This document shows positions 16,947 to 25,434 of a DNA stretch of 64,000 nucleotides, piece by piece. The notes under the pieces are model-generated. The model was given only the letters and a program-made list of their open reading frames with translations. It was not told the DNA's origin and ran no database searches. Where the stretch lies: positions 1,628 through 65,627 of the forward strand of contig DASVDO010000009.1 of the NCBI GenBank assembly GCA_036381055.1, read 5' to 3'. How positions within the stretch are numbered: the stretch's first letter is position 1; each line of letters begins with the position of its first letter. The translations under genes and the position numbers were made by a program. This DNA comes from Burkholderiales bacterium. GTDB lineage: Bacteria; Pseudomonadota; Gammaproteobacteria; Burkholderiales; SG8-39.

Positions 16947-17708
16947 CTAGATCATCGCCGAGCCGCCGTCGACCACCAGTGTCTGGCCGGTCATGAAGGC
17001 GGCGTCGTCGCTCGCGAGGAAGCTTACCGCGCCGACCAGGTCTTCGGGTGTCTCGTCGCGCGCGATGGCGCGCGTGGCGCGCGAGCGCTCGCCCGCTTTC
17101 AGGTGCGCTTCGTGCCTGACCACGTTCTCCGACAGGGTGAATCCCGGCGCCAGCGCGTTCACCGTGATGCCGTCGCCGCCCAGCTCGCGCGCCAGGCCGC
17201 GCGTCATGGCGATCACCGCGCCCTTGCTGGCGATGTAGTGCAGGAAACGCGGTACGCCCTTGAGCGGCGCGCCGGAGGCCAGGTTGATGATGCGGCCGTA
17301 GCCGCCGCGGCGCATGTGCGGCACGCAGGCGCGGCAGCACAGGAACACGCCCAGGGTGTTCACCTCCATCACGCGCCGCCATTCGTCGGGCGGGATGCGC
17401 TCGAACGGTCGCAGCTCGAGCGTGCTGAAGAGCGCCGCGTTGTTCACCAGGATGTCGATCCGGCCGAACGCCTTCACCGCCTGCGCCGCCATGCGCGCCA
17501 CCGCGCCCTCGTCGGCCACGTCGACCTCGACGCCGAGCGCCGGGGCGCCGGTCGCCTGCGCGATCTGCGCGGCGGCGACGTCGTAGCCGCGCAGGTCGGC
17601 GACGACCACCGAGGCGCCGTCCTCGGCGAGGCGCCGCGCGAGCGCCTTGCCGATGCCGCTGCCGGCGCCGGTGACGATCGCGCTCCTGCCCTGGAGCCGC
17701 CGGCTCAT
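16947..17708 (-). CDS. Short-chain dehydrogenase/reductase (SDR)
   Basis: TGAGSGIGKA cofactor motif, NNAA, and the catalytic YIASKGAV (YxxxK). Confidence 0.9.
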   Translation of the reverse strand: MSRRLQGRSAIVTGAGSGIGKALARRLAEDGASVVVADLRGYDVAAAQIAQATGAPALGVEVDVADEGAVARMAAQAVKAFGRIDILVNNAALFSTLELRPFERIPPDEWRRVMEVNTLGVFLCCRACVPHMRRGGYGRIINLASGAPLKGVPRFLHYIASKGAVIAMTRGLARELGGDGITVNALAPGFTLSENVVRHEAHLKAGERSRATRAIARDETPEDLVGAVSFLASDDAAFMTGQTLVVDGGSAMI

Positions 17709-19009
17709 CGCATCATCGAGTTGGGAAGCACCAGGGCGATCTGCGGGAAGGCGACCAGGATGCCGACGCAGACGATCATCGCCAGCCAGAACGGCATGAT
17801 GCCGGCGAAGATGCGGCCCATCGGCACGTCCTGCGCGACGCCCTTCACCACGAACACGTTGATGCCCACCGGCGGGCTGATCAGGCCCATCTCCAGCACG
17901 ATCGCCACGAAGATGCCGAACCACACCGGGTCGATGCCGAGCGCGATGATGATCGGGAAGACGATCGGCACGGTGAGCACCATCATGGCGAAGCCCTCGA
18001 GGAACATGCCGAGCACGAGGTAGGCGGCGAGCAGGATGGCGAGCACGCCGGCGGCGGAGAGCTCCAGGCCGGTCAGCACGCTCGCGAGGTCGCTGGGAAT
18101 GCGCGACAGCGCGAGGAACGGCGAGAAGATGTGCGCGCCGATCAGGATCAGGAACACCATCGCCGTGGTGCGCACGGTCTGCAGCAGCGCGTCGCGCAGC
18201 GCCGCGAAGCCGAGCCGGCGGCGCCACAGCGCGTGCGCCATGGTGAGCAGCGCGCCGACCGCGGCCGCCTCGTTCACCGTGAACACCCCGGCGTAGATGC
18301 CGCCGATGGTGATCAGCACGACGGCGACGAAAGGCGCCGCGCCGGCGAGCGCCGCGAAGCGGGCGCGCAGCGCGAGGCGCTCGCCGGGCGGCCCGTACTG
18401 CGGCCGCCAGGCGCACAGCAGCACGACCGTCGCCACGAACAACGCCGTCAGCAGCAGCCCGGGCAGCACGCCGGCGAGGAACAGCCGGCCGATCGACTCC
18501 TCGGTGAGCAGCGCGTAGACCACCAGCACCGTCGAGGGCGGGATGAGGATGCCGAGCGTGCCGCCCGCGGCGATCACGCCGGTGGCGAGCCGCGTGTCGT
18601 AGCGGTAGCGCTCCATCTCCGGCAGCGATACCCGGCCCATGGTCACCGCCGAGGCGACGGAGGAGCCCGAGAGCGCGGCGAAGCCGGCGCAGGCGAGCAC
18701 GGTCGCCGAGGCGAGCCCGCCGCGCCGGTGGCCGATCCAGGCGTAGGCGGCGGCGTAGAGGTCCTTGCCCATGCCCGACACCGCGGCGAAGTTGCCCATC
18801 AGCACGAACAGCGGGATCACCGCGAACGCCTGCACCGCGGCGTGGGAGTACGGGAACGCGCCGAGGCTGTGCAGCGCGGCCTGCGGCGAGTTGAGCAGCG
18901 CCACGCCGGCCGCGCCGACCAGCGACATGGCGATGCCGATCGGCATGCGCAGGAAGAGCAGCACCAGCAGCGCCGCCATGCCGGCCAGGCCGACCAGCGT
19001 CGGGCTCAC
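17705..19009 (-). CDS. TRAP transporter large permease (DctM family)
   Basis: 434 aa and highly hydrophobic, with DctM-like blocks (GGLASATVLACAGFAALSGSSVA, GTLGILIPPS). GTG start in a GTGA overlap with dctQ. Confidence 0.85.
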   Translation of the reverse strand: MSPTLVGLAGMAALLVLLFLRMPIGIAMSLVGAAGVALLNSPQAALHSLGAFPYSHAAVQAFAVIPLFVLMGNFAAVSGMGKDLYAAAYAWIGHRRGGLASATVLACAGFAALSGSSVASAVTMGRVSLPEMERYRYDTRLATGVIAAGGTLGILIPPSTVLVVYALLTEESIGRLFLAGVLPGLLLTALFVATVVLLCAWRPQYGPPGERLALRARFAALAGAAPFVAVVLITIGGIYAGVFTVNEAAAVGALLTMAHALWRRRLGFAALRDALLQTVRTTAMVFLILIGAHIFSPFLALSRIPSDLASVLTGLELSAAGVLAILLAAYLVLGMFLEGFAMMVLTVPIVFPIIIALGIDPVWFGIFVAIVLEMGLISPPVGINVFVVKGVAQDVPMGRIFAGIMPFWLAMIVCVGILVAFPQIALVLPNSMMR

Positions 19010-19458
19010 CGCCGCCGCCAGGCCTCGCGCACCAGCACCAGCGCGAACAGCGCCATGCTCGCCGCGGTGAGCAGCTCGAACGGCCAGGTCTCGATGCGCA
19101 GCATGTTGGTCGCCTCGCCGCGGTCGCGCGAGCCGAGCGCGAACAGCGCCGCCTGCCACGCCATCAGCGCGAGCAGCGCCGCGCCGGCGAGATTCACCAG
19201 CGGGCCGGTCCAGCGCAGCGCCGGCCGCTCGAGCAGCTCGCCGAGCACGTCCACCGAGACGTGGCCGCCGGTGGCGGCGCAGTAGGGCAGGCCGAGGAAC
19301 ACGATGAGCGCCATCGCGAGCTCGGTCATCTCGTAGGCGCCGAGGAACGGCAGGCGCAGCACGTAGCGCATCAGCACGTCGAACGCCACGAGGCCCATCA
19401 GGCCCAAAAGCACCGCGCCCCCGCACAGGGCGAGGGCGCGCAGCAGGCGGTCGAACAC
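19006..19458 (-). CDS. TRAP transporter small permease (DctQ family)
   Basis: 150 aa with 4 predicted TM helices, positioned between the DctP and DctM genes. Confidence 0.85.
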   Translation of the reverse strand: MFDRLLRALALCGGAVLLGLMGLVAFDVLMRYVLRLPFLGAYEMTELAMALIVFLGLPYCAATGGHVSVDVLGELLERPALRWTGPLVNLAGAALLALMAWQAALFALGSRDRGEATNMLRIETWPFELLTAASMALFALVLVREAWRRR

Positions 19459-19459
19459 G

Positions 19460-20446
19460 CTAGCCCGAGTAGCCGGCCTTCTTCAGCATCTCGCGCGCGG
19501 GTATGCCCTTCGCCTCGGACTCGCGCACCCACTCGTCGACGATCGGGCGCAGCACCTTGGCGATGCGCTGCTGCTCCGCCTTCGACAGGGTGACGAGGTC
19601 GGCCTTGCCGCGGACGCTGTTCACGGCCTGCTCGGCGCGCTTGATGTAGACCTCGGTCGCCTTGAGCGAGAGCTGCCGGCCGGACAGCCGGTCGATCGCC
19701 GCGCGGGCCTGCGGCGGCAGGCTGTCGTACTTCTGCCGGTTCATGGCGATCAGGAACGCCGAGCGGCCGAAGATCGGCCCCGAGATGGTGAAGCCGTGCG
19801 CCACCTCGCCCAGCTTGAAGTCGAGGATGGTGGTGAACGGCACCATGGCGCCGTCCATCGTGCCGCGCTCCAGGCCCGGGTACACCTGCGTGATCGGCGC
19901 GGCGATCGGCACCGCGCCCATCGCCTCGATCTGCTTCGCCTGCTGCGCCGAGGGCGCGCGGATGCGCTGGCCCTTGAGGTCGTCGAGCGAGCGGTACGCC
20001 TTGTGGCGCGACATCAGGCCGGCGTCCTCGGCGCCCCAGAGGGCGATCACCTTGGTTCCCTTGTACTCGGGCAGCAGATACGGATCGAGCACGTCCCACA
20101 TCATGTGGGTGGCCGCGATGCCGTCCTCCTTGAGTCCCGGCAGCTCGATCATCTGCGTGCGCGGGAAGGCGGACGAGGTGTAGCCGGGCAGCGTGAAGCA
20201 CAGGTCGACCACGCCGTCGGCCGTCTGGCGGAAAAGCTCGGGCGGCTTGCCGCCGAGCTGCATCGAGGGATAGAGCGTCACCTTCACCTTGCCGCCGGTG
20301 GCCTTCGCCACCTGGTCGGCCCAGGGCACGATGATCTCGCGGTAGATGATGTGCACCGGCGGCACGAACGTGGAAAGGCGCAGCTCCTGCGCACCGGCGC
20401 CGCTCGCGGCGAGCGCGAGCAGGGCCGCACCGGCCAGACGTTTCAT
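19460..20446 (-). CDS. TRAP transporter substrate-binding protein (DctP family)
   Basis: Signal peptide MKRLAGAALLALAASGAGAQ. DctP-like sequence. GGAGGAGGA RBS. Confidence 0.85.
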   Translation of the reverse strand: MKRLAGAALLALAASGAGAQELRLSTFVPPVHIIYREIIVPWADQVAKATGGKVKVTLYPSMQLGGKPPELFRQTADGVVDLCFTLPGYTSSAFPRTQMIELPGLKEDGIAATHMMWDVLDPYLLPEYKGTKVIALWGAEDAGLMSRHKAYRSLDDLKGQRIRAPSAQQAKQIEAMGAVPIAAPITQVYPGLERGTMDGAMVPFTTILDFKLGEVAHGFTISGPIFGRSAFLIAMNRQKYDSLPPQARAAIDRLSGRQLSLKATEVYIKRAEQAVNSVRGKADLVTLSKAEQQRIAKVLRPIVDEWVRESEAKGIPAREMLKKAGYSG

Positions 20447-20468
20447 GGGTCGTCCTCCTCCTAGAGGT

Positions 20469-21365
20469 TTACGGCGCGATTGTAGCGACAACGTCCTGGT
20501 ACACAACCGGCCGGCCGAGCAGGCCGATGTCCGCCGCGAAGCGGTTCATGGCGTCCAGGGCGATCCGGGCGATGCCGTGCTGGTAGTAGGGGGCGTCGCG
20601 GCGGATCAGCTCGGCGATCAGCTCGGCCTCGGCCGGCGGGAAGAGCCGCCGGCCGATCTCGGTGGCGCGCTGCGGGTCTTCCTTCAGCGCCGCCTGCGCC
20701 TGCCGCACCGCCTCGACCGCCGCGCGGGCGAGCTCGGGGCGCTCGCGCAGCGTGCGATCGGTGCAGGCGAGCGCCGGGAAGGTATAGCCCTTCACCTCCG
20801 GCGGCGCATCGCGCCGCGCGTCGAGCACCACCGTGCCGACGCCCCGGCGCGCGGCGATCTCGGCGCCCATGCCGTTCGCCCAGAAGCCGTCGATCCGGCC
20901 TTCCTCGAGCGCCTTCGCCGCCATCAGGCCGAACGACGCCTTTTCGCCGGCGGCGCCCGGCACCGGCCCGATCTTCACGTCGCGCTCGGGGTCGATGCCG
21001 GCGCGCCTGAGCATCTGCCGCAGGCCGTCGACCGGGCCGGGCGCCGCGCCGATGCGCAGGGCGCGCACCACGGAGATGTCGCCGCGCTTCGGCTTCAGGT
21101 CGGCGCGCACGACGAGGAACCAGTACATGCGCTGCGCGAGCGCGCACAGCAGCTTCGCGCCTTGCCAGTCCGGGAACGCGTAAAGCACCGCGTGCGCCGC
21201 GCCGCCGACGAAGTCGATCCTGCCCTCGCGCAGCTCCTCGTAGGTCTTGGTGACGGGATAGATCAGCTCGACCGTCGCGCCGGGAAGGAAGCCGAGCTCG
21301 ACCGCCGCGATCGCCGGGAAGTACGACGGCGAGACGAGATCCGGGATCGCCACGCGGATGGCCAT
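20469..21365 (-). CDS. NMT1/THI5-like (NitT/TauT-type SBP fold) protein without a signal peptide
   Basis: 298 aa; IDFVGGAAH / GFWANGMGAE blocks typical of NMT1-like SBP-fold proteins. No N-terminal hydrophobic leader. Confidence 0.6.
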   Translation of the reverse strand: MAIRVAIPDLVSPSYFPAIAAVELGFLPGATVELIYPVTKTYEELREGRIDFVGGAAHAVLYAFPDWQGAKLLCALAQRMYWFLVVRADLKPKRGDISVVRALRIGAAPGPVDGLRQMLRRAGIDPERDVKIGPVPGAAGEKASFGLMAAKALEEGRIDGFWANGMGAEIAARRGVGTVVLDARRDAPPEVKGYTFPALACTDRTLRERPELARAAVEAVRQAQAALKEDPQRATEIGRRLFPPAEAELIAELIRRDAPYYQHGIARIALDAMNRFAADIGLLGRPVVYQDVVATIAP

Positions 21366-21374
21366 GAGCGGCTC

Positions 21375-21382
21375 AGTATAAT
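21375..21382. promoter_or_regulatory. Shared AT-rich -10 region (AGTATAAT) in a 29-bp divergent intergenic gap
   Basis: TATAAT (21377-21382) lies 12 nt before ATG 21395. On the other strand TATACT (21380-21375) lies 9 nt before ATG 21365. Neither gene has an RBS. Confidence 0.35.
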
Positions 21383-21394
21383 CGCCGCTTCCCC

Positions 21395-22561
21395 ATGCAA
21401 GCGCGAAACATCGTGGTCGTCGGCGCGGGACCGGTCGGCACCGTCGCCGCGCTCGCCTGCGCGCGCGCCGGCCACCGGGTGACGCTGCTCGAAGCGGAGC
21501 AGCGCATCGACGACAGCCCGCGCGCCTCGACCACGCAGCCGCCGACGCTGGAGATCCTGGCCGAGCTCGGCCTGATCGACGAGTACATCGCGCAGGGGCT
21601 CGTCGCGCGCACCTTCCAGTTCTGGGACCGGCCGACGCTCACGCTGGTCGCCGAGTTCGACTTCGAGCGGCTGCGCGGCAGGACCGCGTTCCCGTTCGTG
21701 GTGCAGACCGAGCAGCACAAGCTCGCGCGCATGGGGCTCGAGCGCCTGCGGCGGATGGACAACGCGACGGTGCGGCTCGGCGCGCGCGTCACGGCGCTTT
21801 CGCAGAGCGCGTCGTCCGTGAGCGTTTCGGTCGGCGAGGACCGGTACGAGGCCGACTACGTGATCGCCTGCGACGGCGGGCGCAGCACGGTGCGCAAGTG
21901 CCTGGACATCGAGTTCGAGGGCTTCACCTGGCCCGAGCGCTTCCTCGTCATCACCACGGCGTTCGACTTCGCGGCCGCGCTCGGCTGCTGCCTGCGCAAC
22001 TACATGGCGGGGCCCGACGAATGGACCAATCTCTTCAAGGTCGCGGGCGACGACCTGAAGGGCCGCTGGCGCGCGGTGTTCAACACGCGCGAGGACGAGA
22101 GCGACGAGGAGGCGCTGTCGGAGGCGTCGGTGCGCGCGCGGCTCAGCCGCATCCACGTCCCCGAGAGCGAGCGGCGCGCGCTGCACCTCAACCTGTACAA
22201 GGTGCACCAGCGGGTGGCGCAGCGCTTTCGCGTCGGGCGCGTCTTCCTGTGCGGCGACGCGGCGCACGTCAACAACCCGATCGGCGGCCTCGGCCTCAAC
22301 TCCGGCATCCACGAGGCCTGGCATCTCGCGCGCCTGCTCTCCAGCGATAACGCCGACCTCGACGAATACGAGCGCGTGCGCCGGCCGCTCAACATCGAAT
22401 ACGTGCAGCAGCAGACCATCGCCAACAAGCGGCGCCTCGAAGAGCGCGATCCCGTCCGGCGCGCCGAGCGCTTCGCCGAGTTGCGCGCCATGGCCGACGA
22501 CCCGAAGCGGCACGTCGCGTTCCTCATGCGCGCCTCCCTCCTCGAGACCTGGAAAGGCTGA
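21395..22561 (+). CDS. FAD-dependent aromatic-ring monooxygenase (paralog of 15030-16208)
   Basis: IVVVGAGPVGTVAAL, CDGGRSTVR, LCGDAAHVNNPIGGLGLNSG. Co-linear with the 15030 product. Confidence 0.9.
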   Translation: MQARNIVVVGAGPVGTVAALACARAGHRVTLLEAEQRIDDSPRASTTQPPTLEILAELGLIDEYIAQGLVARTFQFWDRPTLTLVAEFDFERLRGRTAFPFVVQTEQHKLARMGLERLRRMDNATVRLGARVTALSQSASSVSVSVGEDRYEADYVIACDGGRSTVRKCLDIEFEGFTWPERFLVITTAFDFAAALGCCLRNYMAGPDEWTNLFKVAGDDLKGRWRAVFNTREDESDEEALSEASVRARLSRIHVPESERRALHLNLYKVHQRVAQRFRVGRVFLCGDAAHVNNPIGGLGLNSGIHEAWHLARLLSSDNADLDEYERVRRPLNIEYVQQQTIANKRRLEERDPVRRAERFAELRAMADDPKRHVAFLMRASLLETWKG

Positions 22562-22668
22562 CCCAAAAACAGGGACAGACCACGTTTTCTCCTTTTTAAA
22601 CTCCTTTTTAAAAAACGTGGTCCGTCCCTGGTTTAGGGTGAAAAAGGTGGTCTGTCCCTGGTTTAGGG
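22562..22668. repeat. Convergent spacer built entirely of three copies of a ~27-nt element (CCCWAAAMCAGGGACRGACCACSTTTT) plus a 12-nt tandem duplication
   Basis: Copy A is 22562-22588 (+). Copies B (22611-22638) and C (22641-22668) are in inverted orientation. CTCCTTTTTAAA is repeated at 22589-22600 and 22601-22612. Confidence 0.85.
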
Positions 22669-23163
22669 CTAGCCGGGTTTGACGCCGGGCGGGGGAGGAG
22701 GCGGGGCGGGTTGGCGAACGGCGCGGCGCGGGGTGTAGCGGCTCGCCGCCATCGGAATCTGGTGGCCCTTGGCGTACATGCACTGCTGGTAGCCGAAGTC
22801 GTAGCGCTGCTGCAGCGAGTAGGCGGAGGCTCGCGCGGTGCCGGTGCCGGCGAGCGCGCCGGTCGCCAGCCCGACGCCGGCGCCGATGCCCGCGCCGGTG
22901 TTGCCGCCCATCAGGCCGCCGGCGGCCGCGCCGACCGCCGTGCCGACGACGGCGCTCTTCACGCCGGCGTCGACCGAGGCCTGCTGCGCCGTCGTGCCGC
23001 CGACCTGAGCGGAAGCGAATTGGCGGCACTCGTAGTCGTCGAAGCGGAACTCGTCGAAGCTCTTCGTCGAGCCGGGAAGCACCATCACCGACGGCCCGGA
23101 CGGCGGCGGCGTCGCGCATCCGGCGGCCAGGACGAGGCCGAAGGGAACGAGCAGCCGCTTCAT
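22669..23163 (-). CDS. Glycine-zipper outer-membrane lipoprotein (17-kDa-antigen-like)
   Basis: Lipobox LAAGC. Gly-zipper region GTAVGAAAGGLMGGNTGAGIGAGVGLATGALAGTG. ATGA overlap with the upstream gene. Confidence 0.8.
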   Translation of the reverse strand: MKRLLVPFGLVLAAGCATPPPSGPSVMVLPGSTKSFDEFRFDDYECRQFASAQVGGTTAQQASVDAGVKSAVVGTAVGAAAGGLMGGNTGAGIGAGVGLATGALAGTGTARASAYSLQQRYDFGYQQCMYAKGHQIPMAASRYTPRRAVRQPAPPPPPPGVKPG

Positions 23164-23528
23164 TGCGCCGGCGGCGGCGCGGGCGGCACGGCCTTCCAGC
23201 CGCCCGGGCATTCCTTGACGTAGGGGTAATAGCCGCGGCTCTGCTCGCAGTAGTACCAGTAGCCCTGCGACTGCGCCTGCGCGTCGCCGCGCTCTACGTA
23301 CACCGGCGGCGCGGCCGGCGGAGCGACCACCACCGGGGCATAGTAGTAAGGCGGCGGGTAGTACCACGCCGGACCCCAGAACGGGCTCCAATGCGGGCCG
23401 AGGTGCAGGCCGATGCCGAAATGGACACGGCCGTGCCGGTGCCGCCCGTGAGCGAAGGCCGGCAGCGCGGCGCCCAGCGCTGCCACGGCGAGAACCAGAC
23501 CGGCGACCCACTTCGACGGCTTGTTCAT
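23160..23528 (-). CDS. Secreted Tyr/Pro-rich protein of unknown function
   Basis: Signal peptide MNKPSKWVAGLVLAVAALGAALPAFA. C-terminal GYWYYCEQSRGYYPYVKECPGGW motif. Confidence 0.65.
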   Translation of the reverse strand: MNKPSKWVAGLVLAVAALGAALPAFAHGRHRHGRVHFGIGLHLGPHWSPFWGPAWYYPPPYYYAPVVVAPPAAPPVYVERGDAQAQSQGYWYYCEQSRGYYPYVKECPGGWKAVPPAPPPAQ

Positions 23529-23580
23529 GGGCTCAGGTTACGCGCCCATGGCCGCCGAAGGGGTGACCAGTTGTTACGAA

Positions 23581-24234
23581 TTATTTCGGCTGCTCGGTGA
23601 TGCGCAGGTAGGGCTTGGGCGCCTTCCAGCCCTTCGGGAACAGCTTCTTCGCCTCGTCGTCGCTCACCGAGCCGGAGATGATCACGTCCTCGCCCTGCTT
23701 CCAGTTGGCCGGGGTCGACACCTTGTGCTTGGCGGTGAGCTGGATCGAGTCGAGCGCGCGCAGGATCTCGTCGAAGTTGCGCCCGGTGGTCATCGGATAG
23801 AAGAGCATCAGCTTGATCTTCTTGTCGGGGCCGATGATGAACACCGTGCGCACGGTCTGGTTGTCGGCCGGGGTGCGCTTGCCCGGCTGCGCCTCGGCCG
23901 GCAGCATGTCGTACAGCTTGGAGATCTTCAGCTCGGGGTCGCCGATCAGCGGGTAGTTGACCGCCGCGCCCTGCGTCTCCTGGATGTCCTTCGCCCAGTT
24001 CTTGTGGTCGCTCACCGGATCGACCGACAGGCCGATGATCTTGGTGTTGCGCTTGTCGAACTCACCCTTGATCCTCGCCATGTAGCCCAGCTCGGTGGTG
24101 CACACCGGGGTGAAGTCCTTCGGGTGCGAGAACAGGACCGCGTACTTGTCGCCGATCCACTGGTGGAAGTCGATCGGCCCTTCGGTCGTCTCGGCCTGGA
24201 AATTGGGGGCGGTGTCGCCGATGCGCAGTGTCAT
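23581..24234 (-). CDS. Peroxiredoxin (1-Cys / Prx6-type)
   Basis: The SHPKDFTPVCTTELG peroxidatic-Cys motif. 217 aa with the C-terminal extension typical of Prx6. Confidence 0.9.
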   Translation of the reverse strand: MTLRIGDTAPNFQAETTEGPIDFHQWIGDKYAVLFSHPKDFTPVCTTELGYMARIKGEFDKRNTKIIGLSVDPVSDHKNWAKDIQETQGAAVNYPLIGDPELKISKLYDMLPAEAQPGKRTPADNQTVRTVFIIGPDKKIKLMLFYPMTTGRNFDEILRALDSIQLTAKHKVSTPANWKQGEDVIISGSVSDDEAKKLFPKGWKAPKPYLRITEQPK

Positions 24235-24329
24235 GTGCTGAACCTCCTTGGTAAGGGCCCGGATTGTAGTCCCGCCCGCTCACCCCGGCGAGCCCGAAAT
24301 CTCCATAACTTCCGGGTATTTGTATAGAA

Positions 24330-24366
24330 TTCGAACCGTGGTTCAAACTTTGAACCGGCGTTCGAA
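24330..24366. promoter_or_regulatory. Nested 37-bp palindrome, candidate TetR operator
   Basis: TTCGAAC-cgt-GGTTCAAA-c-TTTGAACC-ggc-GTTCGAA, symmetric about nt 24348. Directly downstream of an AT-rich TATAGAAT stretch, and it overlaps the putative tetR start. Confidence 0.5.
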
Positions 24367-24955
24367 CGGCAGCTCGGAGCGCGCCCGCCAGCGCAGCGAG
24401 GCGCGCCGGCTCGACATCCTGCGCGCCGCCGCGCGCGTGTTCCGCCGCCGCGGCATCGCCGCCGCCGGCATGCGCGAGATCGCCGAGGAGGCCGGCCTCT
24501 CGCCCGGCAACCTGTACTACTACTTCGACAGCAAGGACCAGCTCCTGGTGTTCTGCCAGGAGCGCACGCTCGAGCGCCTGCTCGCGGCGCTCGACGCGGC
24601 GCGCGCCACGACGCCGTCCTGCGCCGGGCAGCTGCGCGCCGTGCTGCGCGCCCACGTGCACGCGCTGCTCGACGAGATGGAAGGCGCTACCGCGCACCTC
24701 GAGCTCGACTCGCTGCCCGAGGCGCTGCGCGCGCCGATGATCGCCAAGCGCGACCGCTACGAGCGCGCGCTGCGCTCGCTGGTCGCGCAGGGCGTGGCGC
24801 GCGGCGAGTTCGCGCCGTGCGACGCGGCGCTGGTGACGCGCGCCATGCTGGGCGCGGTGAACTGGACGGCGCGCTGGTTCCGGCCCGACGGCGCGCAAAG
24901 CGCCGCCGAGGTGGCCGACACCGTCTCCGCATACTTGGTGAAAGGACTGCAATGA
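24338..24955 (+). CDS. TetR/AcrR-family transcriptional regulator
   Basis: HTH region RLDILRAAARVFRRRGIAAAGMREIAEEAGLSPGNLYYYF. Start is GTG 24338 or TTG 24350 (uncertain). ATGA overlap with the next gene. Confidence 0.85.
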   Translation: MVQTLNRRSNGSSERARQRSEARRLDILRAAARVFRRRGIAAAGMREIAEEAGLSPGNLYYYFDSKDQLLVFCQERTLERLLAALDAARATTPSCAGQLRAVLRAHVHALLDEMEGATAHLELDSLPEALRAPMIAKRDRYERALRSLVAQGVARGEFAPCDAALVTRAMLGAVNWTARWFRPDGAQSAAEVADTVSAYLVKGLQ

Positions 24956-25434
24956 AGCGCGTGCCGCTGACGCTGCAGGTAAACGGCGAGGAGCACACCA
25001 TCTCCTTCGCGCCCTACAAGACGCTGCTGGAAGTGCTGCGCGAGGACCTCGGCCTCACCGGCACCAAGCACGGCTGCGAGCTCGGCGAGTGCGGCGCCTG
25101 CGCGGTGCTGGTCGACGGCAAGCCGCAGCTCTCGTGCCTGACGCTCGCGCTCGAGTGCGAGGGCCGCTCCGTCGAGACCATCGAAGGCGTGGCGCGCGGC
25201 CCCGAGCTGCATCCGCTGCAGGCGGCGTTCGCGGAGTTCGGCGGCTCGCAGTGCGGCTACTGCACGCCCGGGGTGATCATGACCGCCAAGGCGCTGCTCG
25301 ACCGCAACCCCAGCCCGACGCGCCAGGAGATCAAGGAAGCGACCTCGGGCAACCTGTGCCGCTGCACCGGCTACCAGCAGATCGTCGACGCGATCGAGGA
25401 CGCGGCGGCGAAGCTGCGCGCGGAGGCGCGATGA
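24952..25434 (+). CDS. [2Fe-2S]x2 small subunit of a xanthine-dehydrogenase-family molybdenum hydroxylase (HcrC/CoxS-like)
   Basis: [11 protein letters not shown] (plant-type cluster) and CGYCTPG...CRCTGY (second cluster). 160 aa. Confidence 0.9.
   Translation: MKRVPLTLQVNGEEHTISFAPYKTLLEVLREDLGLTGTKHGCELGECGACAVLVDGKPQLSCLTLALECEGRSVETIEGVARGPELHPLQAAFAEFGGSQCGYCTPGVIMTAKALLDRNPSPTRQEIKEATSGNLCRCTGYQQIVDAIEDAAAKLRAEAR

Noticed and set aside
22562-22668. Possible CRISPR array, because a short repeat occurs three times in about 100 bp.
   Set aside because: The copies are in mixed orientation and directly abut each other or a 12-nt tandem duplication, with no unique spacers of regular length. 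No cas genes are present.
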